Notes: generated by a model from the letters alone, not told the origin. Shown: positions 28,301-36,708, counted from the stretch's first letter. The stretch: 60,613 nt of DNA from an uncultured Gammaproteobacteria bacterium (GCA_964627195.1 CAZVJU010000002.1:1-60613), one strand, 5' to 3'. A program made the numbers and translations.

Positions 28301-29250
28301 CAAAAATTCAGTCTAATAATATCGTGGAGGTTTTCATTGAACTTATTCGTGTGGCCCGACCGATACATTGGGTTAAGAATTTTTCAATCTTCGCAGCACT
28401 TATATTTAGTGGAAACCTTTTTGTAGAACTCTATTGGCAAAAAGTTTTATTTGCATTTCTATCTTTCGGTTTAGCGTCTTCTGCAATTTATATCTTCAAC
28501 GATATTGCCGATGCCCCATTTGACAGACTGCATCCGATAAAAAAATTTAGACCTATCGCTGCAAAACGGCTACCTATTCTCGTTGCCATCGCTACCATGG
28601 GAGGGTTCGCCCTTTTAGCACTCCTTTTGGCAAGAGAGCTTAACAATTTATTTTTTCTTTCTGTATCAACATATCTATCTCTGCAAGCTTTATATAGCCT
28701 GGGACTCAAAAATTTACCTATTATTGACATTCTTATTATTGCTGCGGGATTTATACTTCGAGTTTATGGAGGAGCTTTTGTTATCGATGCACACCTTTCT
28801 GTATGGTTTCTTCTTTGTGTAATTTCAGTAGCGCTTTTCCTGGCATCTGGCAAACGCCGGGCCGAGCTTGGGGCAATATCGAAAGGTAGTACTCGCAAGT
28901 CACTTACAAAATACACCAAAGAGCTTCTGAATTCCTATGTGACTATGTTTGGAAGCGCTGCATGGCTATCCTGGGCGCTTTTTACTTTCTTTGAGTCTCC
29001 CACCCCACAAACACGTGTTTGGCTTTTCCTGGCAGAGATTTCAAGAACAACAACTATAAGTAAATTGCTTATGGTAACTATCCCTATCGTCATTTTTGGA
29101 ATTATGCGCTATCAAGCCCTTATCTTCGAAAATAGAAGTGAAGCACCAGAAAAACTTTTCTTAACCGATAAAGCTTTGGTAGGATCAGGACTTTTGTGGA
29201 CTGGGCTCGTTATTTGGATCCTCTATGGAGGAGTGACGAGCTTTGTGTAA
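28273..29250 (+). CDS. UbiA-family prenyltransferase, decaprenyl-phosphate phosphoribosyltransferase-like
   Basis: NDIADAPFDRLHPIKKFRPIAAKRL matches the NDxxDxxxDRxHPxKxxRPIA signature I recall for Rv3806c-type DPPR synthases. The start is uncertain: GTG 28273 is chosen because the ORF-track start at 28168 lies inside the previous gene. Confidence 0.6.
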   Translation: MVNAQTENITKIQSNNIVEVFIELIRVARPIHWVKNFSIFAALIFSGNLFVELYWQKVLFAFLSFGLASSAIYIFNDIADAPFDRLHPIKKFRPIAAKRLPILVAIATMGGFALLALLLARELNNLFFLSVSTYLSLQALYSLGLKNLPIIDILIIAAGFILRVYGGAFVIDAHLSVWFLLCVISVALFLASGKRRAELGAISKGSTRKSLTKYTKELLNSYVTMFGSAAWLSWALFTFFESPTPQTRVWLFLAEISRTTTISKLLMVTIPIVIFGIMRYQALIFENRSEAPEKLFLTDKALVGSGLLWTGLVIWILYGGVTSFV

Positions 29251-29252
29251 CC

Positions 29253-30212
29253 TTACGGCGTTGGTGTAATTATTAAAGTGGGTACAAGAGTTGCCGAAGG
29301 CGTTGAAACACTCCTTTTCTCATCTCCTAGTTCTTTCGCATATTGATTGGAAATCCAGCCAACCTTGGCCACCCCTTCGACTTTGGAAGTCGAATAGTCA
29401 ATTTTAAACCAACCGGTCTTCTCATCCGTATCAAGAAGCGGATAAGTTTCTCCTGGTTTTACTTGACCAACTTCTGTGCCCAACGTTGAAGGCTCAGCTC
29501 TGACCCGTAAGAAACCTGTGGATGTTGGCAAAATCATAACCATTCTTTTTCCTTCCATCTTCATTTCCTGAGGGGCGCTGGTTGGAGTAAGAGAGGGTTC
29601 GACATCCCTTCGGATTGATTCTGACAATTTTACAAAAGCTGTCAGCTTAAAGCCTTTATATGTCTTTACTCGAACTACTTTGTCCAAAAACCCATCCCCC
29701 GTGATAACCAATATATGCTCCCCAGCTGATATTGAAGATGTTTTGTAAGGAGAAAAAACACGATCCCGGCCATCGATAACAATCTGGGAAGAATCCGGTT
29801 CACTAATTAAGGCCAGACTAACTTCATCGTTAGCAATTTTTTCAAAAGACACTATTTCTCCAGAGGAGCTTTCCTCAGATTTCCCAAATTCTCTTCTTAT
29901 AACAGTTTCCACTCCTGGGGTTAAGGTCACTTTAGTCTCATAGGAAGGAAGGGATATGCCAAAAGATTCAGGAATTAACTTAATTGTTACCTCCCCGGGA
30001 TTATTGGTTGCCCGGTAAGGAGTTCTACCTACTTCCAAACCATCTATAAAAAGTGCGGAGCTGGGAGTTGTTTCAACAAATAGTCCGGCGACCCTTGGCT
30101 TAAACAGGTTTACCAGTAAAAAAATAAGGCCTATAAAAAGACCAATTCCTAGTAAGATTATCCCAATCACTTGTATCTTTCTCACAGAGAATGAGTGTAT
30201 CACACTTGACAA
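29253..30212 (-). CDS. membrane-anchored protein with PEGA-like and SH3b-like domains
   Basis: N-terminal TM helix. Two PEGA-like segments (LFIDGLEVGRTPY, IVIDGRDRVFSPYKT). C-terminal SH3b-like segment (GFLRVRAEPS..GQVKPGETYPLL..GWFKI). Non-ATG start, exact position uncertain. Confidence 0.5.
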   Translation of the reverse strand: MSSVIHSFSVRKIQVIGIILLGIGLFIGLIFLLVNLFKPRVAGLFVETTPSSALFIDGLEVGRTPYRATNNPGEVTIKLIPESFGISLPSYETKVTLTPGVETVIRREFGKSEESSSGEIVSFEKIANDEVSLALISEPDSSQIVIDGRDRVFSPYKTSSISAGEHILVITGDGFLDKVVRVKTYKGFKLTAFVKLSESIRRDVEPSLTPTSAPQEMKMEGKRMVMILPTSTGFLRVRAEPSTLGTEVGQVKPGETYPLLDTDEKTGWFKIDYSTSKVEGVAKVGWISNQYAKELGDEKRSVSTPSATLVPTLIITPTP

Positions 30213-30234
30213 AACTTTTTTACTTTATTATTAT
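30206..30234 (+). promoter_or_regulatory. sigma70-like promoter of hsp20 (TTGACA-17-TATTAT)
   Basis: TTGACA at 30206..30211, a 17-nt spacer, then TATTAT at 30229..30234, immediately upstream of the CIRCE-like operator. Confidence 0.55.
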
Positions 30235-30238
30235 TTCA

Positions 30239-30265
30239 TCAGCGCTCAGGGTAGTAAAGTGCTAA
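30239..30265 (+). promoter_or_regulatory. CIRCE-like HrcA operator
   Basis: TCAGCGCTC-N9-AAGTGCTAA against the consensus TTAGCACTC-N9-GAGTGCTAA (15 of 18 positions). Correct 9-nt spacer, placed just after the -10 element. Confidence 0.6.
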
Positions 30266-30338
30266 CGTGTTTTTAATTATTTTGGTAATCGTTTTCTTTG
30301 CCTAACTTTCTTTCTCCGCTGTTACTTCCCAAGGAGGT

Positions 30339-30735
30339 ATGAGAATTCACGAAGACGCCAAAAACATCTACAAACATCACATTTTGAAATCGGACTAAAA
30401 AAAGTGATGTATGCTATAGAAATCGCACACATCAATCCTATATCAATTTGAGATTTCTATATCTCGAAGCTGTCGTTGCTGGAATTCCGGCTGAAGAAGT
30501 AGAAGTTAACATTGAAAATGAAGTAGTAACCGTAAAAGTTGAGAAGAAGGTTGAAGAAAAGAAGAAAGGTGAACACAAAGCTTCATCTTACAACTACTAC
30601 TACACCTGCGCTCTTTCAGGTGGATCCTGGGACAAAGCACAAGCAGAAGTTGAGCACGGAGTCTTAAAAATCACAATTCCAAAGGCAGCTGCTGCCAAAC
30701 CTAAAAAAGTAACAGTAAAAGCTAAGACGAAGTAA
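30339..30735 (+). pseudogene. Hsp20/alpha-crystallin small heat-shock protein gene, 5' end interrupted by an 85-nt repeat element
   Basis: The alpha-crystallin-domain ORF (30448..30735, ends VEHGVLKITIPK...) has only a TTG start lying inside the repeat and lacks an N-terminus. ATG 30339 opens a 19-codon ORF that stops inside the element. Deleting 30374..30458 joins both parts in frame. It might still be expressed from the TTG. Confidence 0.55.
30374..30458. repeat. 85-nt structured repeat element, copy 1
   Basis: About 88 percent identical to 56213..56298 by hand alignment (9 substitutions, 1 indel). Contains two overlapping hairpins, ACATCAC/GTGATGT and ATGTATGC/GCACACAT. Confidence 0.85.
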
Positions 30736-30784
30736 ATTACTTGAACTAATTGACCTCTGTCGAGAGTTCCTCGACGGAAATTAT

Positions 30785-30819
30785 GCCCCATCGAGTCCAA
30801 CTCGATGGGGCTTTGTCTT
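30785..30819 (+). terminator. rho-independent terminator after hsp20
   Basis: GCCCCATCGAG-TCCAA-CTCGATGGGGC forms an 11-bp stem, followed by TTTGTCTT. Confidence 0.75.
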
Positions 30820-30851
30820 GAGGGCTGACTTGATATACAATTACCCCTGCC

Positions 30852-30923
30852 GGCCGGATGGTGAAGTAGAAACACAGGTGTCTGCAAAACATCTATGCGC
30901 GGGTGCGATTCCCGCTCCGGCCT
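30852..30923 (+). tRNA. tRNA-Cys (GCA) with non-canonical D-loop/T-loop elbow
   Basis: Hand-folded. 7-bp acceptor stem GGCCGGA/TCCGGCC, U8, and a D-stem with an A13-A22 mismatch. Anticodon loop CUGCAAA, T-stem GCGGG/CCCGC, and discriminator U73 (a Cys identity element). The T-loop is UGCGAUU (G at position 55), the D-loop lacks GG, and CCA is not encoded. Confidence 0.75.
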
Positions 30924-30960
30924 CATCATTAGAAATATAGTCTGGCACGAAACACAAAAT

Positions 30961-31470
30961 ATGTTAAAAGATAATGAAATACAAGTTGCTGTCAGTATCT
31001 TAGAAAAGCTAAGACCGGGTAAACTACCTCTCTCCGTTTTTCTTCAAACCACAAGACTTACAGTAACTCCGATAATAGAAATAGTACCCTTAAGAAAGCG
31101 AAAAGATAATAAGGTTGAAATTCTGCTTACTGAGAGAGATGATACTGACCCGAATTGGCCTGGAATGGTACATACGCCAGGTACGGTCGTCCGATCTACT
31201 GATAGTGAAGGCAGTTATGAAGACGCTTTTAAACGGATCTTGGAGGATGAACTTAAAGGGGTGCAAACGAGTAAACCTATTTTTGTCGGAAATTTGCTGC
31301 ACAAAGTTAAAAGAGGTCTGGAATCCTGTATCGTGTACTGGGTAGAGGTTAGTGGTAAGCCGCCTACTGGAAAATTTTACAGATTTGATAATCTCCCCAA
31401 GAATCTAGTCGACACCCAAATTAAGTTCATCAATCTTGCCGTTAAGCACTTCCAGGACCATAATAAATGA
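30961..31470 (+). CDS. hypothetical protein, possibly a degenerate Nudix fold
   Basis: Start moved to ATG 30961 because the ORF-track start overlaps the tRNA. The segment GTVVRSTDSEGSYEDAFKRILEDELKGV only loosely resembles a Nudix box. Confidence 0.4.
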   Translation: MLKDNEIQVAVSILEKLRPGKLPLSVFLQTTRLTVTPIIEIVPLRKRKDNKVEILLTERDDTDPNWPGMVHTPGTVVRSTDSEGSYEDAFKRILEDELKGVQTSKPIFVGNLLHKVKRGLESCIVYWVEVSGKPPTGKFYRFDNLPKNLVDTQIKFINLAVKHFQDHNK

Positions 31471-31564
31471 CTAATTTGGCCATAACAATTTGACTTTCGG
31501 CTGCACTATAGGCTATAATACCGTGTATCTCGCTTTTTGCGAGATTTTTTTTGGACTAAAAAAT

Positions 31565-32227
31565 ATGATACTTTTTTCTCTTAACTTGCCTACGCGGCTA
31601 AAACTTTCCTTAAAAGTGGAAAGAAAGCGCGGTCGGCCTGAAAAGCCCCTAATTCCTACGCCGGGCGAAGTCATGCGTACAAAGGAAGGAAATAAAGCTT
31701 CTTTCCTTTTTAGGCATATCTTTGAGCACAAAAAAATAAGAAAAATAGTTGGTGCAAATATTGTATTTCTGGTTATTATCTCTTCCTTTCTTCCGACATA
31801 CGCCTCCGGAACTACCAGTAGTGAAACAGATAACATTAGTTCCCCACTTGTTATGAGCACTGAGAAAAGTCTTCGGTTTCCGGTGGCAAACGTAAAAATT
31901 ACGCAAAAATATACGTTTTTCCACCCCGGAATAGATCTAGATGGGCTTACCGGAGATGCTATCTACCCGATAATGGCCGGAAAAGTCGATAAGGTTGAGC
32001 ACTCTCGCTTCGCTTATGGAAAATCGGTGGTTATCTCTCACGGAGGTAACACGAGCTCCCTTTATGCTCACCTATCGAAAATTGACGTAGTTGAGGGTCA
32101 AGAAGTTTCCAAGGAAACAAAGATAGGAGAAATGGGAGCAACGGGACGTGCGTCCGGGGACCATTTACACTTGGAGATTCAGGAAGACGGCAAAACAATA
32201 AACCCACTAATTATCCTTCAAAATTAA
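31565..32227 (+). CDS. M23 family metallopeptidase (LytM-like), membrane-anchored
   Basis: HPGIDLDG and GDHLHLEI zinc-ligand motifs, plus YAHLSKIDVVEGQEV. TM segment IVGANIVFLVIISSFL. Start uncertain (ATG 31565 chosen over TTG 31490). Confidence 0.8.
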   Translation: MILFSLNLPTRLKLSLKVERKRGRPEKPLIPTPGEVMRTKEGNKASFLFRHIFEHKKIRKIVGANIVFLVIISSFLPTYASGTTSSETDNISSPLVMSTEKSLRFPVANVKITQKYTFFHPGIDLDGLTGDAIYPIMAGKVDKVEHSRFAYGKSVVISHGGNTSSLYAHLSKIDVVEGQEVSKETKIGEMGATGRASGDHLHLEIQEDGKTINPLIILQN

Positions 32228-32258
32228 TAATTCTGAATATCACCTTTCCACTGTAACT

Positions 32259-32852
32259 TCAGCTAACATCCAAAGTTCTCCAAAGATACCAGCTGGCAAC
32301 GGTCCTATAAGGTTTCCACCGCTCGGCAAATTTTGCCATTCCTTCGCCTTCAAATTTCCGACCGACTACTTTTTCAAAACCTTTTTTAATTCCCAGGTCA
32401 TCATCAGGAAAAATATCGCCTCTTCCTAAAGAAAACATGAGAAACATTTTGGCAGTCCACCGACCTATACCTTTTACGGCAACCAGTTCTCTCATCACTT
32501 CATCATCCGGCAAACTATTTAACCTTGTCACTTGTAACTTGTTGCTTGTTACTTTCTCTGCCAAATCTTTAATTGAGGCTACTTTTGCCCATGCCATTCC
32601 GCAATCTCTCAATTCTTGGTCGGAAAGAGCCAAAACTTTTCTAGCGGTTAACCTCCCTTTAATCTTTCCTTTCAAACGTTCATAAATTACGTCAGCAACT
32701 CTACCTGACAATTGTTGTCCTATTATTTCTCCAACCAATCCCTGAAAATAGTCGAGGTGAATTCTCGGTTTTATCTTACACTGGCCGTACTTTTTGATAA
32801 GCGGCCCAATATGCTTATCATTCAAAAGAAATCTTTCAGCCTCTTCCCACAT
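32259..32852 (-). CDS. DNA-3-methyladenine glycosylase II (AlkA-like HhH-GPD)
   Basis: IIGQQLSGRVA, the HhH VKGIGRWTAKMFLMF, and the catalytic Asp context FPDDDLGIKKG. Confidence 0.75.
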   Translation of the reverse strand: MWEEAERFLLNDKHIGPLIKKYGQCKIKPRIHLDYFQGLVGEIIGQQLSGRVADVIYERLKGKIKGRLTARKVLALSDQELRDCGMAWAKVASIKDLAEKVTSNKLQVTRLNSLPDDEVMRELVAVKGIGRWTAKMFLMFSLGRGDIFPDDDLGIKKGFEKVVGRKFEGEGMAKFAERWKPYRTVASWYLWRTLDVS

Positions 32853-32935
32853 TGCACGATTTTAGAAGAACATTACTTTAATGACAACTGGAATAAGGAA
32901 GTGTTATAGTCAAAAAGTAGTCAACTTTAAAGTAT

Positions 32936-33676
32936 ATGAAAAGGGTGGTTCTTATTCTTCATGGCTGGCCGCGCATTGATTCAGACAGTTTAATCTTCAA
33001 GAATTTTAGGAGAAATAAATACACAATAATTTGTCCTTATCTTTTTTCAGACACTTTCCCTTTTGATCTTTCCGGGATAACAAAACAGGTAAAATTGTCT
33101 CTTCAAGGATTTAACCCAGATGCAATCGTGGGTATTTCATTAGGAGGATTAATTCTCCCTAAAATTGCCCGCAATTACCCAAAAACAAAACTTATATTTG
33201 TAGCTTCAGGAGTAACTGCTAGCCTCCAGTCAAGTGTATTTAGATTCCTATTGTAAATTTTCGCAAACTCACAACTTATCACTTTGGCTATCAAACTTCC
33301 TCACCCAATACTCTCTGTGTTCTATACACTTCTTGATCCCTTTTACGGCAACGAAAAAGAAAGGCCTAATTATCTTAAAGATAAAATGTTAAATCTTGAG
33401 GCAATAAAATCTATCTCTTTGAAGAAACACCGCGAAATTCTCCGTTTCATTATCCAAGTTGATAATTCAGCCATTCTTTCGACTTTGGTGCAAAAGACTC
33501 TGATAATATCGGGCAACCATGATCCTCTAATGCCCGTACAAGAAGGGAAAAAGTTACGCTCGCTACTAAAAAACAGTAGGCTTGTTAAAGTAAGCGGAGG
33601 ACACTTTGAAGTTGTTGGTATTTCAGAAATTAAGGAAGTAGAAAGATTTTTATCGTCACAGTCCGTATACCACTGA
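32936..33676 (+). pseudogene. alpha/beta hydrolase split by one in-frame TAA (33254..33256)
   Basis: ORFs 32936..33256 (HGWP, nucleophile elbow GISLGG) and 33284..33676 (GNHDPLMP ... GGHF) are in the same frame, separated by a single TAA and 9 sense codons. Confidence 0.5.
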
Positions 33677-33696
33677 CTCTACTATACTATTAACCT

Positions 33697-34350
33697 CTAT
33701 GTTTTTCTAAGACTTTTCTTATTTTCTGCCCAAAATGCAGCTGAAAACCAGATTGTCAATATAACCAGCAAAAAAGTTGGGCTTTCAAAACCTTGACGGA
33801 TAGGTTTAGAAAAAATCGAAAGCACGTAAGCTATGAGTAACCCATACGGGAACATAAATAAGGGTACATAAAATATTTGTTTGAAATTTCTTTTTTCCAA
33901 TCCTGCATTTAAAAAGTAAAAAGCTAAAAAATTCGGATGTAACATTGAAACGACTAATCCTCGAGAAAGCATTTCGGATTCTTTTACAAGATTTTTCTTG
34001 TCCCAAAAGTTTCGGGTTGCCAAAAATCTGCCAAGATGGTAATTAATAAAAGAGGTCGCTGTTAATGTCACAGACACAATTACACTTATAGACACAAGAG
34101 ATATCAAGGATTTATCAGAGAAAAATACTGTTAAGGCAATTATAAAAGCTCCCGGAACGTAAAGACAAACGTAGGCAATCCCCTCAAAAAAGGTAGCTAA
34201 GATAAGCCCCAATAATCCGTAGTGCTGATATAATTTTTCCAATATTTCAACAAGTTCTTTCGGAGACGGAATAATGTGTATGCTCCACAAAATAATTAGA
34301 AGTAAATAAAATCCCAAAGCAGAGAGAGGTAAAACCGGGATCTTAGTCAT
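33697..34350 (-). CDS. DedA/VTT-like integral membrane protein
   Basis: Multi-pass membrane protein. FFEGIAYVCLYVPGAFII resembles the DedA re-entrant motif. Confidence 0.45.
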   Translation of the reverse strand: MTKIPVLPLSALGFYLLLIILWSIHIIPSPKELVEILEKLYQHYGLLGLILATFFEGIAYVCLYVPGAFIIALTVFFSDKSLISLVSISVIVSVTLTATSFINYHLGRFLATRNFWDKKNLVKESEMLSRGLVVSMLHPNFLAFYFLNAGLEKRNFKQIFYVPLFMFPYGLLIAYVLSIFSKPIRQGFESPTFLLVILTIWFSAAFWAENKKSLRKT

Positions 34351-34456
34351 GCTTTAAGTATGCCACATATCTTAATTAACAAAAAACAAATAATTAAGCT
34401 GAGAAAATATCATCAAAATTGAGAAATGAAGAAGTACTTTCTCAGGTGTTAATAAT

Positions 34457-34492
34457 TTAGTAATCCATTCCCCCCATACGGCTTGCGGGCAT
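34457..34492 (-). repeat. degenerate remnant of a groEL 3' terminus (copy C)
   Basis: The minus strand reads ATG CCC GCA AGC CGT ATG GGG GGA ATG GAT TAC TAA = MPASRMGGMDY-stop. Compare the groEL end [12 protein letters not shown]-stop. The segment is intergenic. Confidence 0.7.
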
Positions 34493-34518
34493 GACTGGTT
34501 TTCTTTTCTTATTCCTAA

Positions 34519-35043
34519 TCAAAAGGGAATTTCATCGTTCACAGCCTTCTTTTCCTCCTCACTTCCATAAGCATAAACTCCATAAGCCTTAATATCTCTC
34601 ACAGACTCGATATTGAAAATATAAACCCTGTCAAAGATTGTTGTTGGAAAATCATGGCGATCGCGGGTTAATAAATAAAGGCTGCGATATCTTTTCAAGC
34701 AAGATGCGAGCAGCAAGTCAGTTAAAGACACTCCCTCCATAAATTGCCTGTATTGCTCAATTACACCAACAATATATTGTTCCGCTTGATTATCGAATGG
34801 AAGAACTACACTTACAATCTCGTTAAAGTATTTTTCTTTCTTTTTAACTACGTCGATCGTCTTAGAACGTATAAACTCATATTTGACCAAATTAATTGAG
34901 GTTAACACAATATTATTACTTTTAAACTCTGTGACTAAACCTTCAAAGTCTTCTATCCGAGAGTAGGAGTCGATGAAAAAATTCGTATCCAAAAGAAATG
35001 TGGAATTGCTAAGAGGCTTAGGAATTTGGTGTGACTGGGCCAT
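34519..35043 (-). CDS. PIN-domain protein (VapC-like toxin candidate)
   Basis: N-terminal FLLDTNFFID (first acidic residue) and C-terminal LLTRDRHDF, as in PIN nucleases. Confidence 0.6.
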   Translation of the reverse strand: MAQSHQIPKPLSNSTFLLDTNFFIDSYSRIEDFEGLVTEFKSNNIVLTSINLVKYEFIRSKTIDVVKKKEKYFNEIVSVVLPFDNQAEQYIVGVIEQYRQFMEGVSLTDLLLASCLKRYRSLYLLTRDRHDFPTTIFDRVYIFNIESVRDIKAYGVYAYGSEEEKKAVNDEIPF

Positions 35044-35182
35044 ACTTCCTCTCTTCTTCTTCTACAGCTTTTCGAAGCTCCTTTGCAAGCTTGACAAACT
35101 TTTTTACATCAAAAGGTTTCAACTTCTTAGGCCTTAAAGAAGAGGCGCTTTCCCTTTGTATTTTTATTTTTTTTCTTGCCAT
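35018..35182 (-). CDS. possible 54-aa antitoxin-like small protein
   Basis: Hand-translated MARKKIKIQRESASSLRPKKLKPFDVKKFVKLAKELRKAVEEEERKYGPVTPNS. Overlaps the PIN gene start by 26 nt, a typical TA layout. No motif support. Confidence 0.3.
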   Translation of the reverse strand: MARKKIKIQRESASSLRPKKLKPFDVKKFVKLAKELRKAVEEEERKYGPVTPNS

Positions 35183-35230
35183 AGTAAATTTAGTATAACA
35201 TATTAACCCAAAGCTAATCCGGAAGGTGTT

Positions 35231-35647
35231 CTAGATTTTTATCTTCTTAGCAAAATAGGCTTCCACTAAGTTATGAGTATTAGGAGAAAGTTGATCCCTC
35301 ATTTTTAGCAACTCGTTCCAAGAAAAATATTTCAGGTCATCAAATTTATCTTTTTCCATAACTTTAGGCTCGCCTAATCTAACTCTTGCCAGAAACCAGG
35401 TATAGGTCATCACATAGTCATCTTCTACAAAATCTTTCCATCCCAGTCTTTTAACAATATCCACGTCCACCCCAAGTTCTTCTTCGATTTCCCGCTCCGC
35501 GGCTTTCCTGTGATTCTCGCCATTCTCTAGTTTTCCTCCTGGAGTTTCCCATTGTTTTCTAATTGGAGTATTCCTGTGAAGAAGTAAAATTTTCCCTTTG
35601 TCGTTCAGAATTACACACCCCGCAAGATGGAGCTTTTTATACTTCAT
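35231..35647 (-). CDS. Nudix hydrolase (MutT-like)
   Basis: Nudix box GGKLENGENHRKAAEREIEEELGV. Confidence 0.85.
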   Translation of the reverse strand: MKYKKLHLAGCVILNDKGKILLLHRNTPIRKQWETPGGKLENGENHRKAAEREIEEELGVDVDIVKRLGWKDFVEDDYVMTYTWFLARVRLGEPKVMEKDKFDDLKYFSWNELLKMRDQLSPNTHNLVEAYFAKKIKI

Positions 35648-35685
35648 ACACAGATTTTAACAAAAAACATAAGGGTTCCTAAAAA

Positions 35686-36300
35686 TTATAAACATCCAAG
35701 TTTACGTAGCTTCACTTTTAGTTCTGAAGGCAAATCGATCAGAACATTAAATAAAATAGTTTTCATTCCCATCTTTTCTGCTGGTTCTAAATTCTTTATT
35801 TCATCATCAATAAAAACACACTCTTCGGCTTTACACCCTATTAATGAGATTGTTTTCCTATATATTTGTTGATCCGGTTTCTTCATACCCAGTCGATAAG
35901 ATAAAAACAAGTCGTCAAAGTAATCGTAAAGTCCAGTTTTACTGTTATGGTTGTTACTCATCTCAGTAGTATTAGAAAAAAGAAAGACTTTGTACTTAGT
36001 GTGTAAATCCTTAATAATCTCTAATACTTCTTTATTTGGTTTAGCTAATTCGGAATAATATTTCATCCAAAGGCCTTTGACTTCCTTAACCGTTTTATTA
36101 ATCCCCAAAGTTGAAGATAGTGAATTTATTAATTATTCTGTTGATAATCTTCCAGTAAAATAATCGTCTATATATTTTCCATATTCTTTTATGGTTATTT
36201 CAACAGGTTGCCTGTAAATCCGAGATAATACTTCCGGGATTACTTCTTTGGGGTGTTGATAAATCACTCCACCAAAATCAAAAAGTATTGATTTAATCAT
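35686..36300 (-). pseudogene. HAD-superfamily hydrolase interrupted by an in-frame TAA (36133..36135)
   Basis: ATG 36300 gives MIKSILFDFGGVIY (HAD motif I), then TAA at codon 56. The same frame continues into ORF 35686..36108, which carries motif II (LFSNT) and motif IV (VFIDDE). Confidence 0.6.
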
Positions 36301-36348
36301 AGTTTATTATATCGCTAAAAAGAGATTGAGGGTCGTCCGAAGATTAGC

Positions 36349-36392
36349 TAGTAGTCCATTCCTCCGCCCATTCCACCACCCGGCATGGCCGG
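36349..36392 (-). repeat. remnant of the groEL 3' terminus (copy B)
   Basis: TAGTAGTCCATTCCTCCGCCCATTCCACCACC (32 nt) is identical to 38042..38073, with similarity continuing about 12 nt further. The minus strand reads [14 protein letters not shown]-stop. Confidence 0.9.
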
Positions 36393-36417
36393 CTCTCTCT
36401 ATTTTTCATTTACAAAC

Positions 36418-36708
36418 TTAACGAATAGAACGAAATTCCTCTTTTACTTTCTCATCCAAATACATTTTAACCAAGGACTGATAAGGCACATCCTTTTTAT
36501 TGGCAATCATCTTTAAGGAATCCAAAAGGGATTCAGTAACTCTTAGTGTTATAGTCTTTGTAGACATCTTTAAGTTTGGAAAGCTTGGATTTACTATCGC
36601 TTTACTCCAATCTACATAGTCGGTACTATCGTGTGTTGCCCAAAAATCTGCTTCCTCGTCTTCGTTTTTGAATTTAGGTATTGGTTTAAGTTTTTTCATA
36701 AATTTCAC
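36418..36708 (-). CDS. BrnA-type antitoxin (CopG/RHH-like)
   Basis: DEEADFWATHDSTDY and the C-terminal VPYQSLVKMYLDEKV resemble BrnA. Overlaps the upstream BrnT gene by 23 nt. Confidence 0.7.
   Translation of the reverse strand: MKFMKKLKPIPKFKNEDEEADFWATHDSTDYVDWSKAIVNPSFPNLKMSTKTITLRVTESLLDSLKMIANKKDVPYQSLVKMYLDEKVKEEFRSIR

Larger units (their letters stand above)
34493..36348. mobile_element. putative islet 2 bounded by groEL-terminus remnants C and B (PIN module, Nudix, decayed HAD)
   Basis: Bounded by same-orientation copies of the groEL 3' end. Cargo is a TA-like module plus accessory hydrolases. No integrase seen. Confidence 0.35.

Noticed and set aside
30600-30929. 109-aa minus-strand ORF
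   Set aside because: It overlaps the hsp20 coding region, its terminator and the tRNA-Cys gene. It has no motif.
33254-36135. Stop-codon reassignment as the explanation for the two in-frame TAA codons
   Set aside because: TAA ends many well-recognised genes here (A2M, pbpC, groEL, yidC), TAG ends metG, and TGA ends rpmH and the SDR. The standard code fits, so pseudogenes or sequencing errors are simpler explanations.
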